DNA from: Methanocellales archaeon
Lineage (GTDB): Archaea > Halobacteriota > JAWCLZ01
NCBI GenBank assembly: GCA_038850285.1
Contig: JAWCMA010000032.1
Coordinates: forward strand, 1 to 11,834
Reading direction: 5' to 3'
Length of the DNA: 11,834 nt
The translations under genes and the position numbers were made by a program. Numbering within the stretch: the stretch's first letter is position 1; each line of letters starts with the position of its first letter. Under the pieces are notes generated by a model that did not search any database, was not told the origin of the DNA, and saw only the letters and a list, made by a program, of their open reading frames with translations. Shown here piece by piece: positions 1-7,286 of this stretch.

Positions 1-32
1 TGTACATTGCTCTACTTAAAACCTCTATTCAG

Positions 33-806
33 TTAAACAATTAATCTGCGCTTCATCAAGTTTATCGAGCTTGGGAAAAGCAAAGCACAGGCAGCTAGAA
101 TCCAACCAAGATTTCCAAGCAGCTCAAAATCTATGTTTCCAAGAGTAAGACTGCGGGCGATTATTACCACATGCGTTAAGGGCAAGCAGTATGCTAGCAA
201 TTGTATTGCTTGGGGAAGTGCAGATAGCGGGAAGAAAGTGCCGCAGAAGAGGAACATGGGGGTCATTAGCACGAAGAAGTAGTAATTGAAGGAATCTATA
301 TTGGGCACAATTGCAGTGAAGCACATTGAGAGAGAGGCGAAGAGCAAGCCTCCTAGGAAAGCCAGTGGTAGAATTAAGAGTGCAATTGCACTTGATACAA
401 GTCCAAAGGCTGCGATTACAATTAAAATTATCATGGAATTCATCAAACTCTTAGTTGCCCCCCAGAGCAGCTCGCCAGCGATTACATCCTCGATGCATAC
501 AGGAGTGGCAATCATTGCATCGAAGAGTTTTTGATAATGCATTCTCACGTAAGAGCCATAGGAGCATTCAAAGGATGCTGAGTTCATTATTGAAATTGAG
601 ATCAAAGCTGGAGCAATAAAGGCAGCGTAGCTAACCCCATTTACCTCTCCAATATAGCTACCGAGGCCATAGCCAAGGGCGATTAAGAATAGCAATGGCT
701 CGAGAAATGGAGGTATGAAGTTGGTTTTATAAGTTTTAATAAAAGCCGCAAAATTGCGATTCCATATATTGAGCGATCGCAAGCTAAATCTAGGAATATA
801 ATTCAC
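33..806 (-). CDS. ABC-2 type exporter permease (NodJ-like)
   Basis: 257 aa with about 6 hydrophobic segments. ABC-2/NodJ-type motifs: EPLLFLIALGYGLG, YAAFIAPALIS, GELLWGATKS, PMFLFCGTFFP, LPLTHVV. The GTG start overlaps the ATPase TGA stop (GTGA at 803-806), with GGAGG upstream on the minus strand. Confidence 0.92.
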   Translation of the reverse strand: MNYIPRFSLRSLNIWNRNFAAFIKTYKTNFIPPFLEPLLFLIALGYGLGSYIGEVNGVSYAAFIAPALISISIMNSASFECSYGSYVRMHYQKLFDAMIATPVCIEDVIAGELLWGATKSLMNSMIILIVIAAFGLVSSAIALLILPLAFLGGLLFASLSMCFTAIVPNIDSFNYYFFVLMTPMFLFCGTFFPLSALPQAIQLLAYCLPLTHVVIIARSLTLGNIDFELLGNLGWILAACALLFPSSINLMKRRLIV

Positions 807-1708
807 TCCCTAAGCCTCCTTCCAGTGAGTTTGAGGAAAACATCTTCTAAAGTTGCTTTTCTTCTTGCATATTCTTTAAATTGAGGCGAATCATTAAAGG
901 AGCGGTCAAAAATATATATCCTATCGCCAGCAACCTCGAAGTCGGCTCCTTCGCTGGTGAGCTGTGAAATTAACTTTTGATCGCTATGAAAAACCTCCAA
1001 TACTTCGCTGCCTATGAATCTCTGAATAAGTTCTCTTGGAGGTGCTTCAACTAGTATCTTTCCTCTATCGATTATGAGCACTCGATCGCAAAGCTGCTCT
1101 GCTTCCTCCATGTAATGAGTTGCTAGAATAATTGTAATTCCATTTCGCTTGAGATCTCGCAAGCAGTTCCAGACTAAATGCCGCGCTTGAGGATCAAGAC
1201 CGGTGGTTGGCTCGTCTAATATAAGTAGCTTAGGATTATTAAGCAGCGCTCTAGCAAATACTGCTCTGCGCTTCATTCCCGTGGATAGCTTTTCTACATT
1301 TACATCTTTCTTCTCCAGCAGCTGTACAAATTCAAGCAATTTAATCACTCTACTCTTAGCTTCTTCACGTGGAATGCCAAAATAGCTGGCATAGATCAAT
1401 AGATTCTCAAAGATCGAGAAATCCACATCTAAATTGTTCTCCTGGGGTACTATTCCAATGAGGCTTTTAATCTTAGCTTGCTCCTTATCCACATCCATTC
1501 CAAGCACATATAGCTCTCCACTTGTCTTGGGGGAAACACAGGATATCATTCGCATGGTTGAGGTTTTACCAGCGCCATTTGGACCTAGAAATGCTAAGCA
1601 CTCTCCCTTTTTAACCTCGAAGGAGATGTTATCCACTGCTATGAAATCGTTGAACTTCTTTGTTAAATTACTAGCTTTAATAATTGCTTCACCATTACTC
1701 ATCATCAC
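803..1708 (-). CDS. ABC exporter ATP-binding subunit (NodI/DrrA-like)
   Basis: Walker A GPNGAGKTS, Q-loop VPQENNLD, signature variant LSTGMKRR, Walker B/D-loop LILDEPTTGLDPQAR, H-loop THYMEEAE, and the NodI-like C-terminus ATLEDVFLKLTGRRLRE. The start is GTG 1708 or one of the following ATGs (1705, 1702), coupled to the upstream stop (GTGATGATG). Confidence 0.95.
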   Translation of the reverse strand: MMMSNGEAIIKASNLTKKFNDFIAVDNISFEVKKGECLAFLGPNGAGKTSTMRMISCVSPKTSGELYVLGMDVDKEQAKIKSLIGIVPQENNLDVDFSIFENLLIYASYFGIPREEAKSRVIKLLEFVQLLEKKDVNVEKLSTGMKRRAVFARALLNNPKLLILDEPTTGLDPQARHLVWNCLRDLKRNGITIILATHYMEEAEQLCDRVLIIDRGKILVEAPPRELIQRFIGSEVLEVFHSDQKLISQLTSEGADFEVAGDRIYIFDRSFNDSPQFKEYARRKATLEDVFLKLTGRRLRE

Positions 1709-1950
1709 AGGATCTTCAAAATTTCCCTTACTATTTCCCTGCCTTTAGAGGTTAATTTAAAATTTTCTCCCTCTTGCTCCACAAGTCCTTTTTCTTTCAA
1801 CTCCAGTAAAATTTTGCTCGTAGTTTTCCAGGGAATTCTCGCTCGCTTGGCGATGATTTCGCTTTTCTCAGCTCCTTTGGATTCTAAGATCTTCATAATT
1901 CGATCTCGATTTATATTCCCGGTTACATAGCCTATTAATTCCTCAGTCAT
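1705..1950 (-). CDS. Small archaeal winged helix-turn-helix protein, putative transcriptional regulator
   Basis: 81 aa, basic. wHTH pattern RDRIMKIL...SEIIAKRARIPWKTTSKILLELKEKGLV...FKLTSKGREI. Its stop overlaps the ATPase start, so it is the first gene of a three-gene operon. Confidence 0.85.
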   Translation of the reverse strand: MTEELIGYVTGNINRDRIMKILESKGAEKSEIIAKRARIPWKTTSKILLELKEKGLVEQEGENFKLTSKGREIVREILKIL

Positions 1951-1972
1951 CAGATCTAAATAACTTTAGGAT

Positions 1973-1988
1973 GCGATAAGCTTATCGC
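1973..1988. promoter_or_regulatory. Perfect 16-bp palindrome, candidate operator
   Basis: GCGATAAGCTTATCGC is its own reverse complement. It lies 23-38 bp upstream of the wHTH ATG (1950) and just downstream of a minus-strand TATA-like ATATAAA (1998-1992). The palindrome is seen directly; the operator role is inferred. Confidence 0.6.
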
Positions 1989-2130
1989 CGCTTTATATCA
2001 GCGCAATGTTTTCGGTCTTTAAAAGTGCTGATAGATAATAATTTCAAGGAGAAGAAAAAGAAGCTAAGAATTCTATAGAAGTTTTTAAGTCTTTTATTTC
2101 AATTTTTTCAGAATTTAAAAAATATTTCTA

Positions 2131-2144
2131 AAAAATTTTATATA
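2131..2144 (+). promoter_or_regulatory. BRE/TATA box of the copper regulator gene (probably leaderless mRNA)
   Basis: An A-rich BRE-like AAAAA is followed by TTTATATA (2137-2144), ending 20 bp before ATG 2165. No ribosome-binding site is visible. Confidence 0.55.
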
Positions 2145-2164
2145 TGTTAATCCAATCTTTATTT

Positions 2165-2758
2165 ATGGCAGTATTGAATGAGCTTGATGTTAAGATATTG
2201 AAGCTGCTTATTGAAAATGGAAGAGCTTCTTTTAGAGAAATTGCAAAACAAGTTGGAGTTACCACTCCAACTATTAATAGTAGAATTAAAAGGCTTAAAG
2301 ACATTGGAGTGGTGAAGCGCTTCACTTTGGAACTTGATTTGAAGCAATTAAATTTTGTGAAAGCCCAGCTATTGCTCAGCGTAGACCTTGGCAATGTCAA
2401 AAGCGTGGTAAAAGAACTCCGCAGCGTGCCTCTGGTGGGAGACATTTATACAACTTCAGATTCCGAATTTGGTGTTATTGCAATGATTGAGGGAAATGTT
2501 GAAGCTATATTTAAATTCATTTCTGAGTTCAAACTGGAAAATATCAAGGCTTGGAAGGTACTTTTTCTGAAGCAAGTTGCAGCTGGAAGTCAAGCTTTAG
2601 ATCTGGAAATCGCTAGCATAGAATGCGCATACTGCGGAGGGATAATTGCAGGTGAAGGTGTAAAGAGAAAGATTGAAAATAAATTCTATCATTTCTGCTG
2701 CGATATATGTAGAAGGGAATTTGAAAATAAATATCAGCAAATAAAAAGAGGCATTTAA
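2165..2758 (+). CDS. Lrp/AsnC-type HTH regulator with C-terminal TRASH metal-binding domain (CopR/CopT-like copper-responsive regulator)
   Basis: N-terminal AsnC HTH (LNELDVKILKLLIENGRASFREIAKQVGVTTPTINSRIKRLKDIGVVKRF) and a C-terminal TRASH-like Cys pattern (CAYCGG...YHFCCDICRREF). It lies directly upstream of CopA. I moved the start from the track's ATG 2144, which overlaps the TATA box, to the in-frame ATG 2165. Confidence 0.88.
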   Translation: MAVLNELDVKILKLLIENGRASFREIAKQVGVTTPTINSRIKRLKDIGVVKRFTLELDLKQLNFVKAQLLLSVDLGNVKSVVKELRSVPLVGDIYTTSDSEFGVIAMIEGNVEAIFKFISEFKLENIKAWKVLFLKQVAAGSQALDLEIASIECAYCGGIIAGEGVKRKIENKFYHFCCDICRREFENKYQQIKRGI

Positions 2759-2761
2759 TTG

Positions 2762-2789
2762 ATTTCTAATTTCTAATTTCTAATTTTTA
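2762..2789 (+). repeat. Tandem heptamer (ATTTCTA)x3 plus one degenerate copy (ATTTTTA)
   Basis: Read directly at 2762-2768, 2769-2775, 2776-2782 and 2783-2789. It starts 3 nt after the regulator stop, within a T-rich stretch upstream of the copA promoter. Confidence 0.8.
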
Positions 2790-2824
2790 AAATTTTTCTC
2801 TATTTTTATTTCCATTTTTAAACC

Positions 2825-2851
2825 AAAAAACGATTAAATAATATAATTTAA
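2825..2851 (+). promoter_or_regulatory. Putative copA promoter (BRE + TATA) overlapped by an imperfect palindrome
   Basis: AAAAAACG followed by ATTAAATA (2833-2840), about 20-27 bp before TTG 2860. TTAAATAATATAATTTAA (2834-2851) is self-complementary at 16 of 18 positions, but the region is very AT-rich. Confidence 0.45.
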
Positions 2852-2859
2852 AGTTTAAT

Positions 2860-5526
2860 TTGAGAAAGGTGTTAGAGCGAATTTCAATTGGCATCGAGGG
2901 TATGCATTGCGCTGCTTGCGCTCAAAACATTGAGAGCGCTTTAAAGAATATAAAAGGGGTTAAAGAGGCAAATGTTAGCTTTGGAGCTGAAAGGGCAGAT
3001 GTAATTTTTAATCCCAGCGTGGTGAAAACAGAGAGCTTAATTAAAACAATAACTGAACTTGGCTATCGCCCAAAAATTGAGAAGCTGCAAGTTCAAGTTG
3101 ATATCTCAACTCCAAATGCTAAAGAGCAACTGGAGCAGAGCTTGAGCAATATAACTGGGGTAATTCACGTTGATATCGATCTTGGCACTCAAATTGTTAA
3201 TATCGAATTTCTACCCTCGCAGCTGAGCTCTAATGAATTGAAGAAATTCATGGAGCGATCTGGATTGAGAGTTGTGAAGCGCGAGAAGCTTAAAATAAGC
3301 GGCATGCACTGCGCTGCTTGCGCTCAAAACATTGAAAGTGCTATAAGCGAGCTCAATGGCGTGCTAAAAGCAAGTGTTAGCTTTCCCTTAGAGGAAGCAC
3401 AATTGGAGTTTGATCCAAGTAAAGTGGATATTGCGAGGATAAAGCAAGTGATTAGCGAGGCTGGGTATACTGCCCTTGAAAAAATTAAGGATATAGATAG
3501 AGAAAGAGCGGCGAGAGAACAGGAGATTAAAAAGCAGAAATTTAATTTAATCATTGCCATTGCTCTTGCAATTCCAATTTCCCTTGGGGACATGGCAAGA
3601 GCCTTTGGCCTTGCATTTATACCTGAGTTTTTGACAAATAACTATCTGCTCTTTTTACTCACCACTATTGTCATGCTCCTACCTGGAAGACAGTTCTTCG
3701 AGGGAACAATTCGCGGCTTGAAGCATGGATTTACAGATATGAATCTTTTAATTGCCACTGGAACTGGAGCGGCTTATGCAGTGAGCGTAGCAGCCACATT
3801 TCTCGATCTAGGCCCGGGTTATGAGCATACTTATTATGATACCGCTGCGCTTTTAATTGCATTCATAGTACTCGGGCGATATCTCGAGGCAATTACCAAG
3901 GGCAAGACCTCTGAAGCGATAAGAAAGCTAATGGGATTAAGGGCTAAAACTGCTCGCATTTTAATAGACGCCGAGGAAAGAGAAATACCTGTTGAAGAAG
4001 TAAAAGTTGGAGATATAATTATTGTTAGACCCGGGGAAAAGCTGCCGGTGGATGGAATTGTTATTGAAGGCAGCTCAGCGGTTGATGAATCAATGATCAC
4101 CGGTGAAAGCATACCTGTGGAAAAAAGCCCTGGGAGCGAGGTAATTGGTGCAACGCTAAATAAAACGGGTTTGATTAAATTCAAAGCAACTAAAGTAGGG
4201 GCTGATACAGCGCTTGCTCAAATTATAAAACTGGTAGAGGATGCTCAAACTTCTAAAGCGCCAATTCAAAAGCTTGCGGATAAAGTTGCTGGGCATTTTA
4301 TCCTCGCGGTTCACGTGCTTGCTTTAATTACCTTTTTCTTCTGGTTCTTCACTGGCTACTGGCAGTTCAATGTACCATTGGTATATGGTGCTACAACTCC
4401 ATTTTTATTTGCACTTTTAATTTCTATAACTGTGCTTGTTATCTCATGCCCCTGTGCAGTTGGCTTGGCTACTCCAACTGCTATAATGGTTGGCACTGGA
4501 AAGGGAGCGGAGAATGGCATTCTAATTAAAAATGCTGAGGCTCTTGAGAGAACTGAGAAGCTTGATATGATTGTATTCGATAAAACGGGAACTTTAACAA
4601 AAGGAGAACCAGCGCTTACTGATGTAATTCCTATTAAAATGAGCGAGAAGGAGATTTTGAGGCTTGCTGCAATTGCTGAGAAGGGATCGGAGCACCCACT
4701 AGGCGTTGCAATCGCGAGAGGTGCTAGGGAAAGGGGAATTGAAATTCCAGAGGCTCAAGAATTCAATGCTATTCCCGGGCGAGGAGTTGAAGCTAAGTTT
4801 AATGGCAGGAGAATCCTCCTTGGAACGCGAAAGCTTATGCTTGAGAATGCCATTGATATCTCTGATTTGAATGAGAAAATGGAGGGGCTTGAAGCAAGTG
4901 GTAAAACAGCTATGGTTTTAGCCCTCGATGGCAAAGCAGTTGGAGTTTTAGGCGTGGCCGACACCCTTAAGGAGTACTCAAGGGAAGCTATTGAAATGCT
5001 TCGCAGAATGAGACTCGAAGTGGCAATGATCACTGGTGATAATGCTCGCACTGCGCGTGCTATTGCACTGCAGCTTGGCATAAATCAAGTGCTTGCAGAG
5101 GTGCTGCCTGAGGATAAAGCTAGAGAGATCAAAAAGCTTCAGGAACAGGGGAGAACTATAGCTATGGTTGGAGATGGCATAAATGATGCTCCAGCTTTAA
5201 CTCAAGCAGATATTGGTATAGCCCTTGGAAGTGGTACTGATATTGCAATAGAAGCGGGGCAGATTGTGCTCATTAAAAATGATGTTAGAGATGTGGCATA
5301 TGCGATTAAGCTAAGCAAAATGACTATGAGCAAGATCAAGCAAAATCTCTTCTGGGCATTCATCTACAATACCATTGGCATTCCAGTTGCAGCGGGCGTG
5401 CTCTTTCCATTTACCAATCCACCTTTTCTAATAAACCCTGCTCTGGCTGCTCTCGCGATGGCTATGAGTTCGGTTTCAGTTACGCTGAATGCTTTGCTGA
5501 TGAAGGGGAAAAAATTGAAGGGGTGA
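2860..5526 (+). CDS. copA: Copper(I)-translocating P1B-1 type ATPase
   Basis: Two GMHCAAC HMA domains flank a Cys-less HMA-like domain. Core motifs: TGES actuator, membrane CPC, DKTGTLT phosphorylation site, [18 protein letters not shown]. The P1B-1 diagnostic residues YN (FIYNTIGIP) and MxxSS (MAMSSVSV) are present. The TTG start is the least certain element. Confidence 0.96.
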   Translation: MRKVLERISIGIEGMHCAACAQNIESALKNIKGVKEANVSFGAERADVIFNPSVVKTESLIKTITELGYRPKIEKLQVQVDISTPNAKEQLEQSLSNITGVIHVDIDLGTQIVNIEFLPSQLSSNELKKFMERSGLRVVKREKLKISGMHCAACAQNIESAISELNGVLKASVSFPLEEAQLEFDPSKVDIARIKQVISEAGYTALEKIKDIDRERAAREQEIKKQKFNLIIAIALAIPISLGDMARAFGLAFIPEFLTNNYLLFLLTTIVMLLPGRQFFEGTIRGLKHGFTDMNLLIATGTGAAYAVSVAATFLDLGPGYEHTYYDTAALLIAFIVLGRYLEAITKGKTSEAIRKLMGLRAKTARILIDAEEREIPVEEVKVGDIIIVRPGEKLPVDGIVIEGSSAVDESMITGESIPVEKSPGSEVIGATLNKTGLIKFKATKVGADTALAQIIKLVEDAQTSKAPIQKLADKVAGHFILAVHVLALITFFFWFFTGYWQFNVPLVYGATTPFLFALLISITVLVISCPCAVGLATPTAIMVGTGKGAENGILIKNAEALERTEKLDMIVFDKTGTLTKGEPALTDVIPIKMSEKEILRLAAIAEKGSEHPLGVAIARGARERGIEIPEAQEFNAIPGRGVEAKFNGRRILLGTRKLMLENAIDISDLNEKMEGLEASGKTAMVLALDGKAVGVLGVADTLKEYSREAIEMLRRMRLEVAMITGDNARTARAIALQLGINQVLAEVLPEDKAREIKKLQEQGRTIAMVGDGINDAPALTQADIGIALGSGTDIAIEAGQIVLIKNDVRDVAYAIKLSKMTMSKIKQNLFWAFIYNTIGIPVAAGVLFPFTNPPFLINPALAALAMAMSSVSVTLNALLMKGKKLKG
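2902..3342 (+). repeat. Intragenic direct repeat between HMA1 (2902-2940) and HMA3 (3304-3342) of copA
   Basis: ATGCATTGCGCTGCTTGCGCTCAAAACATTGAGAGCGCT versus ATGCACTGCGCTGCTTGCGCTCAAAACATTGAAAGTGCT: 36 of 39 nt identical, with all three differences synonymous. The copies are 402 nt (134 aa, two 67-aa domains) apart. Confidence 0.9.
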
Positions 5527-5530
5527 GAAT

Positions 5531-5716
5531 ATGAGGGTTAGAAAAGAATTAACTGCTAGTCTCGCAACTTCCCTTTCACTTGCCGCATTATTTTACTTCC
5601 TAGCAATGGTAAAAAATATTTATTCCCCTGTTGATATTGCAGGTGGGATGTTCTTTGTTTTTATTCTTTCATTAATTATTTCAGCTTCAATATGGCCGAA
5701 TTTGATCAAAAAATAA
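5531..5716 (+). CDS. Small membrane protein of unknown function (two predicted TM helices)
   Basis: 61 aa with two hydrophobic stretches joined by KNIYSPVD and basic termini. A GGTGA RBS overlaps the copA stop (5522-5526), 4 nt before the ATG. Confidence 0.7.
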   Translation: MRVRKELTASLATSLSLAALFYFLAMVKNIYSPVDIAGGMFFVFILSLIISASIWPNLIKK

Positions 5717-5894
5717 CTAACAGTTTAACAGGAAAAAAATAACGGTTAATAGTAATAGTGAAATAATTAAACTCCGCTAAAATAGAGATATAGATTAGAA
5801 AATATAGATAAAATTGATAGACTCTAACATTTTAAATTTTCAAATTTGCAAATAATTTACCGTTCCCGATTCTCTTCTTGAAAATTTCATTAAA

Positions 5895-5932
5895 TTTATA
5901 AGCAGCAAAATTAAATATTTGGAAAAGGAGGT
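5895..5932 (+). promoter_or_regulatory. TATA box and RBS of the mutase operon
   Basis: TTTATAA at 5895-5901 and GGAGGT at 5927-5932, 6 nt before ATG 5939. Confidence 0.65.
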
Positions 5933-5938
5933 TAATTG

Positions 5939-6343
5939 ATGGAAAAACTCAGAATTTTAATTGCCAAGCCAGGGCTCGATGGCCACGATCGAGGGGCTAA
6001 AGTAATAGCTCGCGCTTTCAGAGACGCTGGGTTTGAAGTGATATATACAGGAGTGAGGCAAACGCCAGAGCAGATCGTTGAAACTGCAATTCAAGAGGAC
6101 GTCGATGCCATTGGATTAAGCATATTATCAGGTGCACATGTGCATCTTTTCCCGCGGATAATGGAACTCATTAAGGAGAAAGGAATAGAAGATATACTTG
6201 TAGTGGGAGGGGGTATCATTCCCGAGGAGGATATACCAATGCTGAAGCAAGTTGGAATAGCAGAAATTTTTGGACCGGGTACACCACTTGCAACTGCAGT
6301 TAAATTTGTGAGAGATAATGTGAGAAAGAAAAAAGGGATTTAA
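5939..6343 (+). CDS. mcmA2: Acyl-CoA (methylmalonyl-CoA-type) mutase, cobalamin-binding small subunit
   Basis: Base-off/His-on motif [10 protein letters not shown]...GLSILSG...GGGII...FGPGT. ATG 5939 fits the RBS spacing better than the track's TTG 5936. Confidence 0.95.
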   Translation: MEKLRILIAKPGLDGHDRGAKVIARAFRDAGFEVIYTGVRQTPEQIVETAIQEDVDAIGLSILSGAHVHLFPRIMELIKEKGIEDILVVGGGIIPEEDIPMLKQVGIAEIFGPGTPLATAVKFVRDNVRKKKGI

Positions 6344-7285
6344 TTGGAACTCGTGGAACAGCTTTTAAAAGGCGATAAAAAAGCCTGCGCAAAATTAATA
6401 ACAATTGTAGAAAACTCTGCTCCTGAGGCAGAAGAGGTTTTATCCCAGATATATCCTCATACTGGAAAAGCCTATATAATAGGTATAACTGGGCCGCCCG
6501 GAGTTGGAAAAAGCACTTTAGTGGATAAAATCGCTAAGGAACTCCGAAGAAGAGGCAAAACAATTGGCATAATAGCAATCGACCCCAGCAGTCCATTTAC
6601 AGGTGGAGCATTCCTAGGAGATCGCATTAGAATGCAGGATAGCTGCACTGATGAAGGCGTGTTCATAAGAAGCATGGCAACTCGAGGGCACCTAGGCGGC
6701 CTCGCTCGCGCAACCATAGATGCGGTTAAGATTTTAGATGCCTCAGGCAAAGATTTCATACTCATAGAAACCGTTGGCGCGGGTCAAGCTGAAGTGGATA
6801 TAGTGAGAGTTGCAGATACAGTGGTAGTTATATTAGCACCTGGACTTGGAGATGAAATTCAAGCTATTAAAGCTGGGATAATTGAAATAGCGGATATAAT
6901 AGCAGTGAATAAAGCTGATCTGCCTGGAGCAGATAGAACGGTGCTTCAGCTGGAGTCAGCTTTGAGGTTAAATCCAAGTCCTCGAGGTTGGAGAGCGCTT
7001 GTGATTAAAACTATTGCGGAGACAAATACTGGAACGATTGAACTGCTAAATGCAATTGAAAAACACGAGAAATATTTAAAAGAAACAAAGCTTTTTGAAG
7101 AGAATCGCAAGCAGAGATGTCGATCTGAAATACTAGAGTATGTATATAGAAAGCTGAGCAATCATATAATGAAAAAACTTGATGAAGGGGAAATTGAAAA
7201 ACTCGTTGAAGAGGTAATGCGGAGGAAAATTGCTCCTCATATAGCAGCTAATAAAATTTTTCACGAGAGCTTGAAGGAGGTCTAA
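6344..7285 (+). CDS. meaB: Methylmalonyl-CoA mutase-associated GTPase chaperone (MeaB/ArgK/MMAA)
   Basis: P-loop [12 protein letters not shown], plus [48 protein letters not shown] and NKAD. The TTG start follows the upstream TAA directly. Confidence 0.95.
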   Translation: MELVEQLLKGDKKACAKLITIVENSAPEAEEVLSQIYPHTGKAYIIGITGPPGVGKSTLVDKIAKELRRRGKTIGIIAIDPSSPFTGGAFLGDRIRMQDSCTDEGVFIRSMATRGHLGGLARATIDAVKILDASGKDFILIETVGAGQAEVDIVRVADTVVVILAPGLGDEIQAIKAGIIEIADIIAVNKADLPGADRTVLQLESALRLNPSPRGWRALVIKTIAETNTGTIELLNAIEKHEKYLKETKLFEENRKQRCRSEILEYVYRKLSNHIMKKLDEGEIEKLVEEVMRRKIAPHIAANKIFHESLKEV

Positions 7286-7286
7286 C

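Noticed and set aside
1-32. Possible start of a further minus-strand gene (ATG at 7-5, GAGGT at 25-21)
   Set aside because: Only two codons are visible and the RBS spacing is long (13 nt), so it cannot be supported within the window.
1268-1291. ABC signature LSTGM instead of LSGGM as a sign of an inactive ATPase
   Set aside because: This position varies commonly in ABC-2 family ATPases, and all other catalytic motifs are intact.
124-1748. Alternative ORFs 124-324, 286-534, 1203-1385 and 1434-1748
   Set aside because: They are shadow or antisense frames of the well-supported ABC and wHTH genes, with no motifs and Ser-rich antisense-type composition.
2762-2789. Heptamer array as a CRISPR or iteron element
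   Set aside because: The units are 7 bp with no spacers, and there is no cas or replication gene nearby.
2128-5081. Minus-strand ORFs 2128-2445, 2159-2347, 3324-3593, 3834-4184 and 4755-5081
   Set aside because: They are antisense to the regulator and copA, and show no recognisable domains or RBS.
5717-5935. Cobalamin riboswitch or ncRNA upstream of the B12 mutase operon
   Set aside because: The region is very AT-rich, lacks B12-box or stable GC stems, and the TATA position implies a leader of only about 15 nt.
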